DNA of 32,000 nt from Desulfocapsa sulfexigens DSM 10523 (GCF_000341395.1 NC_020304.1:2970001-3002000), one strand, 5' to 3'; counted from the first letter of the stretch, positions 16,770 to 25,680 are shown. Made by a program: numbers and translations. Notes: a model not told the origin generated them from the letters alone.

Positions 16770-17924
16770 ATGGGCACAGCAGAAAAATGTATCTGGTACA
16801 TTGAAGGTGGTATGAAGGATGGGAAATGTCTCGATGTCCCTATCCATGTATCACCTTTTTTTATTGGAAGAGATAAGGGGTGTCATCTTAGGGTGAAAGC
16901 TCCAGGTGTATCACGAAAACATGTTCAGCTTGAAGTCAATGGTGAAAAGATTTTTGTTGGAGATATGGGGAGTACCAATGGAACGTTTGTGAATCGTAAC
17001 AAAATTACAAGACAGGTTGAAATCAGATCTGGAGATACTATCCATCTGGGCCAGGAGGAACTCCGCATTACAAGGCGTTGTGATTACAAGAAAAATGATC
17101 CTGTTGCCGATGATATTTTGTATAATTCAACGATTATGATAAATATCAACGATCCGATGTTTGCCCTCAATGACGATTTTGTCCAGCAGGAAAAAGAGTT
17201 CAATCTTATGATAACCAACCGGGAGGTTACCATTGTTTTCCAACCGATAGTTTCCTTGTCTGAGTGCGAGGTTGTCGGTTATGAAGCGCTTGGGCGCGGT
17301 TTCAGAAGCGACCTTCCGGAGTCTCCCTGTGATCTGTTTCGGATCGCCGAAAAACTTGGCAGAGCAAAAGAATTAAGTTCAGTCTTCAGGAGCAGAGCAA
17401 TACAGACTTGTCATGAGCTTCCCGGTGCCCCGTTAATTTTTGTGAATACCCATCCTGTTGAAGACCTGACCACTGGACTTCAAAATAATATTGAAGAGAT
17501 GCGCAGGTTGACTGCTCCCTGGCAGGTGGTACTTGAGGTTCATGAGTCAGCAGTGACTGACACCAGAATGATGCTTGAGCTGAAGGAAATACTTCGAGAT
17601 CATGAAATGTATCTTGCCTATGATGATTTTGGTGCTGGGCAGGCAAGGTGGAATGAACTTGTGGAGGCTCCTCCAGATTATCTCAAATTTGACCTGCAAC
17701 TTATTAGGGACATTCATAAGAAAACAACACAAAAACAGGAAATGGTTCGTAAACTGGTTGATATCTGCCTTGATCAGGGTGCCTATCCATTAGCGGAATG
17801 TGTCGAAAACCATGAAGAACTGGAGGCCTGCAGGCATCTAGGCTTTACTCATGGGCAGGGATGGCTCTTTGGAAAACCAGCCGAAGCATCTTTTTTTGCA
17901 GCTACAAAAAATAAAAAGGCCTGA
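16770..17924 (+). CDS. FHA-domain / EAL-domain protein (putative c-di-GMP phosphodiesterase)
   Basis: FHA: 'FFIGRD..C.L......VSRKH.QL.....I.V.D.GSTNGTFVN'. EAL: 'FQPIV.....VVGYEALGR', 'FVNTHP', 'LEVHES', 'YDDFGAG', 'LKFD', 'AECVE', 'HGQGWLFGKP'. All catalytic signatures are present. The ORF opens with TTG at 16737. I prefer ATG 16770, which has GAGG 9 nt upstream. Confidence 0.85.
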   Translation: MGTAEKCIWYIEGGMKDGKCLDVPIHVSPFFIGRDKGCHLRVKAPGVSRKHVQLEVNGEKIFVGDMGSTNGTFVNRNKITRQVEIRSGDTIHLGQEELRITRRCDYKKNDPVADDILYNSTIMININDPMFALNDDFVQQEKEFNLMITNREVTIVFQPIVSLSECEVVGYEALGRGFRSDLPESPCDLFRIAEKLGRAKELSSVFRSRAIQTCHELPGAPLIFVNTHPVEDLTTGLQNNIEEMRRLTAPWQVVLEVHESAVTDTRMMLELKEILRDHEMYLAYDDFGAGQARWNELVEAPPDYLKFDLQLIRDIHKKTTQKQEMVRKLVDICLDQGAYPLAECVENHEELEACRHLGFTHGQGWLFGKPAEASFFAATKNKKA

Positions 17925-18170
17925 GTTGGTAGTTGTTTTGACTGTACATTCTCGAATTCTATAAGCCTTTAATATGAAGCTTTTATTATAGGTAAAGTGG
18001 TGTATAATAAAGATGTTTCTCAAAATTACCGCTTTTTGTATCTGTTAGCCCTGTAGACGGGGTGTTGCCTGTAGTGAATAATTTGGGAAGTAAGAGATCG
18101 TTTTGGTATACGTTTTTTTTTATAAATAATTAGATAAGAAATCTAAGATAAACTTTTTTAGGAGAACGTC

Positions 18171-19442
18171 ATGAAGAATAGGGCAGTTATTCGTTTTTGG
18201 GCAATGATGACAATCCTGTTTTACAGCACAGCCCTTGCTCAGGCAGGGCAGGTGATAACCCAGGGTGAAAGGTCATGGGCCAAACAAGCTGTGCAGCAGG
18301 AAAAGTCACTAGCTGCCGCCAGTTCCCCGAATTCTATTGCGGTACTTTATTTTAACAACAAGTCTGGTCAGGAAAAATTGAACGCTCTGCAAAAAGGTAT
18401 GGCGGTGATGTTGATTTCTGACCTTTCTAAGGTAGAAGAGATTCAGGTTGTTGAACGGGTGAGAATGCAGGCCCTTCTGGATGAGATGGCTCTGGGAGCT
18501 TCCGGTCTTGTTACTGCAGAGACCGCCCCTAAAGTTGGTAAAATGCTCGGTGCCTCCTATGTGGCAAGTGGAGATATCCTCGGTGGAAATACCCAGGAAA
18601 TTTTAATAGATTCTTCTGTTCTTGAAATAATTTTTGAAACCCTTACTCGGCAGCCCATAGCCAGTGGAGCGCTGGATGAACTCTTCAGGCTGGAAAAAGA
18701 GATCCTCTTCAATATTATTGCTCAGATGAGGGTGACCATTTCTCCGGCAAAAAAAATCGAACTCGAAAAGCCATTATCTGTCAGTACTGCAGCTTTGCTG
18801 GCATTGTTTCTTGGTATTGATTACTCCGACAAGGGACGGTATGCCGAGGCTGCCAATATGTACCAGCAGGCTCTGGTCGAGGATCCTAAACTGGAAATGG
18901 CCAGGAGTGCCTTGCAGGAACTCAGAGCAATGGGACTGTCCACTGCTGAGGAGCTAGCGATAGTGGAGGAAACACCTCCTGCACCTCCTTCTCCAGCTGT
19001 GGAAGCTGAAGGCTCTTCCGTTGGCACTGTTGTTCTGGTTGGTCTGGGTGCCGCAGCCATTGGTGGAGCGGTCTTTGCCTTATCAGGATCAGGTTCCAGT
19101 GATGATAATGGATCATCTGATGTCGTTACACCAGAAGTTGATACCACTGCACCAGTTGCTACCCCATCACCTGGTACCAGTGAAACTCTTGACTGCATGA
19201 GCGGGTCTGTTGCTTTTTCTTTTTCTAAATCGATGTCGGACGCTGGTTCTGCTGAAATCTCTCCTAAGGATTTTGCCGACAGCCAGGGATGGTTCGGGGA
19301 CAGTTATGTTATTTCATGGGGGAATGATACCTCCACGTGCAGTAGCAGTCTAACATCCGTACAAATTACTTTAAGAAATTTTGAAGATACGGACGGAAAC
19401 GCACTGGCTAACCCTACAGTGTTTGATTATTCAGTTGAATAA
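18171..19442 (+). CDS. Secreted CsgG/LpoB-like module + TPR-like + hydrophobic segment + Ig-like C-terminal domain protein
   Basis: Signal peptide 'FWAMMTILFYSTALAQA'. Module 'IAVLYFNNKSG...QVVERVRMQALLDEMALGASGLV..ETAPKVGKMLGASYV.SG'. TPR-like 'GRYAEAANMYQQALVEDP'. Hydrophobic 'VGTVVLVGLGAAAIGGAVFAL'. C-terminal 'VAFSFSKSM......ISW......QITL..FEDTDGNAL' resembles SbsA-type bacterial Ig-like domains. AGGAG RBS upstream. Confidence 0.7.
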   Translation: MKNRAVIRFWAMMTILFYSTALAQAGQVITQGERSWAKQAVQQEKSLAAASSPNSIAVLYFNNKSGQEKLNALQKGMAVMLISDLSKVEEIQVVERVRMQALLDEMALGASGLVTAETAPKVGKMLGASYVASGDILGGNTQEILIDSSVLEIIFETLTRQPIASGALDELFRLEKEILFNIIAQMRVTISPAKKIELEKPLSVSTAALLALFLGIDYSDKGRYAEAANMYQQALVEDPKLEMARSALQELRAMGLSTAEELAIVEETPPAPPSPAVEAEGSSVGTVVLVGLGAAAIGGAVFALSGSGSSDDNGSSDVVTPEVDTTAPVATPSPGTSETLDCMSGSVAFSFSKSMSDAGSAEISPKDFADSQGWFGDSYVISWGNDTSTCSSSLTSVQITLRNFEDTDGNALANPTVFDYSVE

Positions 19443-19460
19443 GCAATACGTCAAATAGAG

Positions 19461-19496
19461 TACCGGATTTCCAGGGGTTGTTGTGGAAATCCGGTA
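19461..19496. terminator. 12-bp perfect hairpin between convergent genes
   Basis: TACCGGATTTCC - 12-nt loop - GGAAATCCGGTA. It sits between the stop at 19442 (+) and the stop at 19508 (-). No strong T-run follows. Confidence 0.55.
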
Positions 19497-19507
19497 TGAA
19501 CTGTATT

Positions 19508-20020
19508 TTAGAAAAGTTGTGCTGTGACAGCTTCAACTGCAGCAAGCAGGGCTGAAACATTATCTGCCCTTATCGTATGGACGCCGGTTCGAACAACCGC
19601 TCCCGATGCGACTTCAATAAGGCGAAGATCGATTCGCAGTTGTTCTCCTACCTGTTGAAATCCACCAAAGACCATAAACTGGGCGCCAAGCAGGCGTCCA
19701 ACCTCAAGTCGGCTTGTCTCATCAACTAGCACAGAACTTCCAAGAGATAATTCCTCCAGTGCCAATACCAATTTTTCACGCTCGACAACGATGCATTCTC
19801 CTGACTCTTTCAGGGTTTCAGCAACCTTTGCGGTGAGGAATTCTTGCATGTCATCCAGGATCTGGTTTTCTGTAACGCTGTAATTCTCCAGATTCCAGAC
19901 TGCAACTACACTGCCACTGCCAAAGTATTCCGGTGTGTATTGTGGCTGTGAACCAGCACAGGCGTTAAGGAACATTGGCAGCAGCGATATGAACAAAAAG
20001 GGCCGCAACAACTTCTTCAT
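19508..20020 (-). CDS. Lipoprotein consisting of one CsgG/LpoB-like module
   Basis: Lipobox 'MFLNAC' (Cys21). Module 'VVAVWNLEN......IVVEREKLVLALEELSLGSSVLVDETSRLEVGRLLGAQFMVFG...LRIDLRLIEV'. The ATG overlaps the upstream stop by 4 nt. Confidence 0.75.
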   Translation of the reverse strand: MKKLLRPFLFISLLPMFLNACAGSQPQYTPEYFGSGSVVAVWNLENYSVTENQILDDMQEFLTAKVAETLKESGECIVVEREKLVLALEELSLGSSVLVDETSRLEVGRLLGAQFMVFGGFQQVGEQLRIDLRLIEVASGAVVRTGVHTIRADNVSALLAAVEAVTAQLF

Positions 20021-21984
20021 GATTTGTTTCCTTCTGTAGTTGTAAAGCTCAGCTTCTCCTGCACCTTGTCATCCTGTTGTAATGGTCGTTTGGCATCACG
20101 AATACTGACAACACTCATATCCGGTTCCACTTGAATGACTTCCAGCATAGCCAGTGTTTGAGGAAGTCCATGCAAGGTTTTACCTTTGTATTGTATTGGT
20201 TCACCTTCCATAATGGCTTCGAAAGATGATCCGAGAACAACCCCCTGATTTGTGCCGATATTGATAACAGCCTGGTCACCAGTGATCTGGACAATGAAAC
20301 CCTGTAGTGGATATTTCTCCATAATAGTCCGTAAAATCTCCTGGGTGACCTTTTCTGTTTCCTCTTCAATATTTCTGGCTCCGGTGGCAAGTTTCCTGGT
20401 TAATACTTTGGGGATAGCGGTTGTTTCGGTATCTATCAGGCGGAGACTCAGTAGAGTCTGGTCAGGCAAATGGAGCAGGGCACCGGTGGAAACGATCTTC
20501 GCGGCAAGAATACGACCGAGTTGGAGGGCGGTTTCCGGGTCAGCAAGTTCCGAAGAACCAAGGTTGAGTTCCTCAAGCAGGCGGTCCATCAGTACACGTT
20601 CCACCACTCGTACCCGTCCCGACTGGTTGAGTTGTTCTGCAAGTTGGGTAGTCAAAACCATTGATAATCCGTCTCGTTCGCTCAACCCTCCTTTTTCGTG
20701 GAAATCTACAAAAGAAAGGACCATTGGCCGTGAAGTCCAGTTATCTTTAGAATTGAAGAAGGGGATTACGGTTTCTTTGGAACGAAAGCGTGTGGCTAAT
20801 TCCTTGACTAATTTGTCGATGCGCTGTTTTTCAGAAGTGTTTTTCTGCAACTCCATCATGTCTTTTGTTTGCCTTGCAAGAACTGCAGAAAACTGGTCGT
20901 TTTTATTAATGGTCATGGCCTGCTGAAACATTTCCATGGCTTTATCAAGTTGCCCTTCTTTCTGGTAGGTCACTCCCTTATTGGACATAGCTACAAGATT
21001 ATAGGGATCAAGTTCTACCGTCTGGTCGTAGTTGATACGTGCCAGATCAAAATTTTCTGTACTGGCATAAAGCCTGCCAAGCTGGTTATGGGCCTCAGCT
21101 TTCTGACTCAGGCTTCCCTCCGGTTTAGTTACGGCCTCCTGATATTCTGCCATTGCTTCTTCTTTCTTATTTTGAGCGTAAAGGATGTCACCTTTAATAA
21201 CATTGACAGCACCACGACCCGGTGCTTTGGTTTCAACCTCGTTGGCTACGGCCATAGCTTTTTCAACATTGCCCTCTCTTGCATAAATTTTAGCAAGACC
21301 CTCTTTTCCGAGAATTTCACCTTCTCCAGGTTCCTGTGCCAGATCGTTAAAAATATCTTCCGCTTTATCTACTTCATCTGCCTTGAGAGCCGCGTAGCCA
21401 TAGACAGTTTTTGCCTCAAAGGAATCCGGGTTGTCGGACTGCACTTCCAGACTGATGGCCTGAGCCAAGAGAGGTTCGTTACGCTGTAATTCTCTTTCAG
21501 CGAGGCTGATCAACATTTTTTCAGTACTTTCTCCTCCTCCCTGAAAGGAATTAATGATCCTGCGTTCTGGTCCCAGGATATAGACTGTTGGAAGAATGAG
21601 TTCTGCGTGATATGTGGAACTGATTCCTTTTTGATCCTGCATCACCGGAAAACCTGCCTTATGGGTTACGATGAAATCTGAAACACTGTTTTTACTGGAA
21701 GTGGTAATACCCCATACCAGCAGGTCTGTATCCTTGAAGGAATTGAGAAGTTTGTTTAGAGTCAACAGTCCTTCCTGGCTGGCAGGAGAACTTGTATCAA
21801 AAAAATAAAGGACTATGAGAGAATGGTCTTTCATAGCTGAAAGTTGATAAGGACGGCCATAAACATCTTCCAGAGTGAAATCAGGGGCGACGTCACCTGG
21901 ATTGAACTGTGCCCGGCTTATTGCCGGATTCGTGAGAAGAAGTAGCAATGCTAAAAAGAGCAAAAGTTTGATTTGGTGGTGCAT
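20017..21984 (-). CDS. Secreted multidomain protein: Cys-less redoxin fold + TPR repeats + CsgG/LpoB-like module + C-terminal beta domain
   Basis: Signal peptide 'LLLFLALLLLLTNPAISRA'. AhpC/TSA-redoxin-like 'APDFTLEDVYG.PY.LS..K....VLYFF' carries 'DTSSPAS' where CxxC is expected. There are at least 5 TPR-like units (aa ~190-370). Module 'MVLSFVDF.....RVVERVLMDRLLEELNLGSSELADPETALQLGRILAAK'. C-terminal 'GFIVQITGDQAVINIGTNQGVVLGS.FE'. Confidence 0.75.
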   Translation of the reverse strand: MHHQIKLLLFLALLLLLTNPAISRAQFNPGDVAPDFTLEDVYGRPYQLSAMKDHSLIVLYFFDTSSPASQEGLLTLNKLLNSFKDTDLLVWGITTSSKNSVSDFIVTHKAGFPVMQDQKGISSTYHAELILPTVYILGPERRIINSFQGGGESTEKMLISLAERELQRNEPLLAQAISLEVQSDNPDSFEAKTVYGYAALKADEVDKAEDIFNDLAQEPGEGEILGKEGLAKIYAREGNVEKAMAVANEVETKAPGRGAVNVIKGDILYAQNKKEEAMAEYQEAVTKPEGSLSQKAEAHNQLGRLYASTENFDLARINYDQTVELDPYNLVAMSNKGVTYQKEGQLDKAMEMFQQAMTINKNDQFSAVLARQTKDMMELQKNTSEKQRIDKLVKELATRFRSKETVIPFFNSKDNWTSRPMVLSFVDFHEKGGLSERDGLSMVLTTQLAEQLNQSGRVRVVERVLMDRLLEELNLGSSELADPETALQLGRILAAKIVSTGALLHLPDQTLLSLRLIDTETTAIPKVLTRKLATGARNIEEETEKVTQEILRTIMEKYPLQGFIVQITGDQAVINIGTNQGVVLGSSFEAIMEGEPIQYKGKTLHGLPQTLAMLEVIQVEPDMSVVSIRDAKRPLQQDDKVQEKLSFTTTEGNKS

Positions 21985-22014
21985 GAGATCCTCCGTGTTG
22001 AATGTGTTTGTCAG

Positions 22015-23664
22015 CTATTCTGGTAAAAGAGAGATGGAGAGTGGAACCAGTCCTCCCTTGCTGAGGTTCAGCTGGGCCTGCCAGTTAAGATGTCCCTGCA
22101 GTTCAAGTTTCACCTCATGTTTTATTGCTGTAACCTCAATCTCCAGGGGGGTTAATCCATGATAGTTCCCGTCTATGTAGAGGCTTGCTCCAGATGGACT
22201 GCTGTTTATTTGTAAGGTTGTTATTTTTTTCTGGATATCGGAATTCTCTTCTTTTCCTATTGGTGGTAGTGAGGCTACTACTGTACCAGGCGTAATTGGT
22301 GACGAAGGTTTTAAGCTGCCATCTGGCTCAATTCCCAGTTCAACTTTTGTCAAGGAAGCTGGTTTCGTGGCAGTTTCAGGCTCGTTTGTGGAGGGAAAAA
22401 TTGGTGCATTCTCTCTGTCATCTGTAAAAAGATCGTCAAACGACTCTTCGACCCGTTGTGCCTGCAACGTTTCTTTTTTTATTTCTGGTACTGCATCGGG
22501 TACGGGAGAGGCTTCTTCAGAATCAGGTGATATAACGGGTGTGGGTGCCACAGATGATTGGGGGACGGAAGGTACATAAATCGGGGCAAGTGGTTCTTCA
22601 GGTTTACTTGGTAGTACTACCGGAGGAACGGGTGTGGTCTCCTCATCTTGCACAGCAATGTGCGAGGGCTGTTCCGATATTGCGGCCGTATTTTTTTGTT
22701 GCTGGACATCATCTGCTGTAGGTGGCCTCATGGTGAGATAAGCGACCAGGGCAGCTCCGCAGAAGAGGAGAGCGGTCGCTATCATAAAGCCGTTATAAGA
22801 ACGCCGTTTTTCAGGTGCTGTCTGAATAATTGTTTCGCTAAAAGATTCCTGAGATTGAACATTAAGACAGTTGCCAAGAAGTTCTGACATCTCCTGGCCA
22901 CTGCGGAATCGATCTTCAGGTTTTCTGGCCATGGCTTTCAGGATCAGCTTTGAGAGAGCCGGGGGGATATCAGGGTTGAGCTGATCCGGTGGAACAGGAT
23001 CATCCTGGGTGATGGCTCTAAAGACGGCAGTGAGGTTCTCACCCTTGAATGGACGATGACCTGTGGTGAGCTCATAGAGAATGACACCTAAAGAGTAAAG
23101 ATCGGATCGACCATCAACGGTTTGTCCCATGACCTGCTCAGGGGCCATATAGACAGGGGTACCAAGGATCTCACCGGCTCGAGTCATCTGCTGACCATCC
23201 GGATCATCGATATGGGCAATCCCAAAGTCTGTTACCTTAAGAATATTTTCAGGAGTACAGATAATATTTGGCGGTTTGATATCACGGTGAATGATCCCTC
23301 TTGTATGTGCATAATGGAGGGCCTGGGCTATCTGTATTCCGATATCAACGATGTCGGTCAGGCTTAAATTGCCAGCTTTGACCAGTTGATCCATGGATTG
23401 CCCTTCCAGAAATTCCATCGCAATGTAGATGGTGCCGTGATCCTGGCCAATATCATAGACTGTCACTATGCCTGGATGGGAGAGTCGTCCAATGGCGGTA
23501 GCTTCTTTGAGAAAACGCTGCACGTAGTCCTCGGTGGTAAGTCGATCTTCACGAAGTACCTTCAGTGCCACCATACGGTTAATCTGAGGGTCATGGGCCT
23601 GATAAACCTTACCCATGGCACCTCTACCGAGTTCGGAAACGATTTCATACCTACCGTATTTCAT
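22015..23664 (-). CDS. Hanks-type Ser/Thr protein kinase with TM helix and periplasmic PEGA domain (PpkA analogue)
   Basis: 'LGRGAMGKVY', 'VALKVL', 'HRDIKPPNI', 'DFGIA', 'GTPVYMAPEQ', 'D.YSLGV.LYE'. TM 'FMIATALLFCGAALVAYLTM'. Pro-rich linker. C-terminal PEGA 'LQINSSPSGASLYIDGNYHGLTPLEIEV'. Confidence 0.9.
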   Translation of the reverse strand: MKYGRYEIVSELGRGAMGKVYQAHDPQINRMVALKVLREDRLTTEDYVQRFLKEATAIGRLSHPGIVTVYDIGQDHGTIYIAMEFLEGQSMDQLVKAGNLSLTDIVDIGIQIAQALHYAHTRGIIHRDIKPPNIICTPENILKVTDFGIAHIDDPDGQQMTRAGEILGTPVYMAPEQVMGQTVDGRSDLYSLGVILYELTTGHRPFKGENLTAVFRAITQDDPVPPDQLNPDIPPALSKLILKAMARKPEDRFRSGQEMSELLGNCLNVQSQESFSETIIQTAPEKRRSYNGFMIATALLFCGAALVAYLTMRPPTADDVQQQKNTAAISEQPSHIAVQDEETTPVPPVVLPSKPEEPLAPIYVPSVPQSSVAPTPVISPDSEEASPVPDAVPEIKKETLQAQRVEESFDDLFTDDRENAPIFPSTNEPETATKPASLTKVELGIEPDGSLKPSSPITPGTVVASLPPIGKEENSDIQKKITTLQINSSPSGASLYIDGNYHGLTPLEIEVTAIKHEVKLELQGHLNWQAQLNLSKGGLVPLSISLLPE

Positions 23665-24602
23665 TGCTTATCCTGCTCATTGAGAAAATCGATAACGGTT
23701 TCAAGAGGGATTAAAAAACCGATTCCGGTGGATACTCGATGGCGCCCTTTGACAATGGCTACAAAAGCACCATTTTCATCGAACACAGGACTGCCACTGC
23801 TGCCTGGTTGAATTTCCATGCTGGCCTGCCATATTGGCTGATTATTTGCCATACGGGGAGGGCCATTGATAAAACCTGAACTGATTGTGCCCCGGAGGCT
23901 TACCGGGCATCCTATTGAGAAGACTTTCTCTCCCATCCCTAGCAAGTTGCGCCCCCCTTCGAGTTCGATAAATTGATCTTTATCGGTTGTGATCTGTATG
24001 AGAGCCAGGTCACGATCAAAATCGATTTTTACAATATCACCCTTGAAATGGGTGTTTATCGTGGAGATGATGTTGACCTCCTCGTGTTCTTTAAGGTCAT
24101 GTGCAGTGGATAGAATTAGCCCTTTTCTGTCTATGAAAACTCCGGAAAACTGAACAGTCTCTCCCTGATGATTTGCATTAATACAGGCAACGGTACCAAT
24201 TTTTTCCAGGATAGTTGCCGGGATTTGCGCTTGCTGCTGGTTCGTTGTGTGGAAGGAGAGTGTATTCTTATCCTTAACGTACTGGAGGAGTTCTTTAAAG
24301 TTCTCTTCTCTCTGTGTATCGTTTTCAACATGGACAGTCAGCTTTGTAGTTAGAGGTGAGTGGGGAGTGAGTTCGATAGACCACCCCTGGTTCAGTTGTA
24401 AGCTTCGGATATGAATCGGACCACCTGGGGTGGTGATGACCTGGAAGGTGAGGTCATTCTTCTCTAGCCATCGGGAAACGGAATCTCGTGTTGCTGCTAT
24501 GGAGAGAGGATATTGCTCAATGATTTCAGAAGAGTGAACGGTGTTCGTGGCGGATAGCCATGCTATGGTGAGGAGAAAAAGGAAGGGGAAATATTTGTTC
24601 AT
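23661..24602 (-). CDS. Secreted trypsin-like (S1/chymotrypsin-fold) serine protease with unknown N-terminal domain
   Basis: Signal peptide 'FPFLFLLTIAWLSATNTVHS'. Triad contexts 'ILSTAHDL' (His), 'DRDLALIQI' (Asp), 'IQPGSSGSPVFDENG' (Ser). Start and stop both overlap neighbours by 4 nt. Confidence 0.8.
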   Translation of the reverse strand: MNKYFPFLFLLTIAWLSATNTVHSSEIIEQYPLSIAATRDSVSRWLEKNDLTFQVITTPGGPIHIRSLQLNQGWSIELTPHSPLTTKLTVHVENDTQREENFKELLQYVKDKNTLSFHTTNQQQAQIPATILEKIGTVACINANHQGETVQFSGVFIDRKGLILSTAHDLKEHEEVNIISTINTHFKGDIVKIDFDRDLALIQITTDKDQFIELEGGRNLLGMGEKVFSIGCPVSLRGTISSGFINGPPRMANNQPIWQASMEIQPGSSGSPVFDENGAFVAIVKGRHRVSTGIGFLIPLETVIDFLNEQDKQ

Positions 24603-25339
24603 GGTAAGACTTCCACCAGTACTGCGGTAATATTGTCACGGCCACCATTGGTCTTAGCACGTTCAATAAGCGTGGCAGTTCGTTGCTGCAGCGATTCTCT
24701 TCTGAGGAGTATTTTCGTAATAACCTCTTCGGTAACCATATCAGTCAGTCCATCGGAGCAGAGAAGAAAAAGATCTTTTGTCAAATATCGCCCTCGAATA
24801 ATATCAATTTCCAGTTTCTCTTCAATCCCTACTGCTCTGCTGATTACATTACGTAAACGGTGTGTTCGTGCAGCTTCTTTGGAAATCAAGCCTTGATCCA
24901 CCTGATTCTGGACAAGCGAATGATCCTTGGTCAGGCGGGTCAGCTTTCCATTGCGAAGGCGGTATGATCTGCTGTCTCCTATATGACCCAGAGCAAAGCC
25001 ATTATGATGAAAGAGGAGAAGTTCAGCCGTACATCCCATGCCACTGTGGTCTGGGGTGCTAAGAATATGGCTTCTGATTTCCTTATTGGCCGTAAGAAAA
25101 ATCTTCTTAATCAGAGCCACAGTGTTACTTTCTGATTGATTTCCAGATTGAGGAATTAGTTGAGCAGCTGTATCTGCAAATATTCGACTTGCAATCTCAC
25201 CGGCGGCTGCACCGCCCATACCGTCAGCAACAAGAAAACAATATGTGTCTTTCTGTATAAAGTAGCTATCTTCATTACTGCTACGATGCAAGCCGATATC
25301 AGTCAAGCCGCTGGCTGATAACTTGAGGTTCATTTCCAT
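24599..25339 (-). CDS. PP2C-family Ser/Thr phosphatase (PppA/Stp analogue)
   Basis: 'R..NEDS', 'VADGMGG...GE.AS', 'HIGDSR.Y', 'LLCSDGL.D', 'GGRDNITAV'. These are the complete PP2C metal-binding signatures. Confidence 0.9.
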   Translation of the reverse strand: MEMNLKLSASGLTDIGLHRSSNEDSYFIQKDTYCFLVADGMGGAAAGEIASRIFADTAAQLIPQSGNQSESNTVALIKKIFLTANKEIRSHILSTPDHSGMGCTAELLLFHHNGFALGHIGDSRSYRLRNGKLTRLTKDHSLVQNQVDQGLISKEAARTHRLRNVISRAVGIEEKLEIDIIRGRYLTKDLFLLCSDGLTDMVTEEVITKILLRRESLQQRTATLIERAKTNGGRDNITAVLVEVLP

Positions 25340-25680
25340 GCAGCCGAATCCTCTCGATGAGAGTATATAAAAATGAAGCTAATCGTGTTTTCCGTGCGAG
25401 CGGATAATGTATTCTTTTTCTATAGTATGAAAAAGACTCCTTAAGTGCGAATTCTATCGAAAAAAAGCTTTAAGATCAATATGATTTTGATATGATATGG
25501 AAGAAGAGGGAAATGATCCTTGCACCTGTTTCAGTCCTGACCTTTATGGGTGTAAAGATACCAACCGAATTATCCGTATTGATCTTAACGGAGCAGAAGT
25601 ATCCGTGTGTACGTGGCAGGAAGGACTGTTTGAGGCGAACGTGAATATGTTATATGTTGAATACCCTATTGTAATAACAA

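Noticed and set aside
20252-21489. Plus-strand ORFs of 224 and 206 aa inside the 655-aa TPR gene
   Set aside because: They are antisense to a frame with recognisable signal peptide, redoxin, TPR and CsgG-like segments. Their translations are Ser/Phe/Ile-rich nonsense without start context.
25614-25632. Sigma54-like 'TGGCAGgaaggacTGTTTG' upstream of the tandem-FHA gene
   Set aside because: The GG is present, but the -12 element reads TG rather than GC at the required GG-N10-GC spacing. No enhancer-binding protein gene is nearby.
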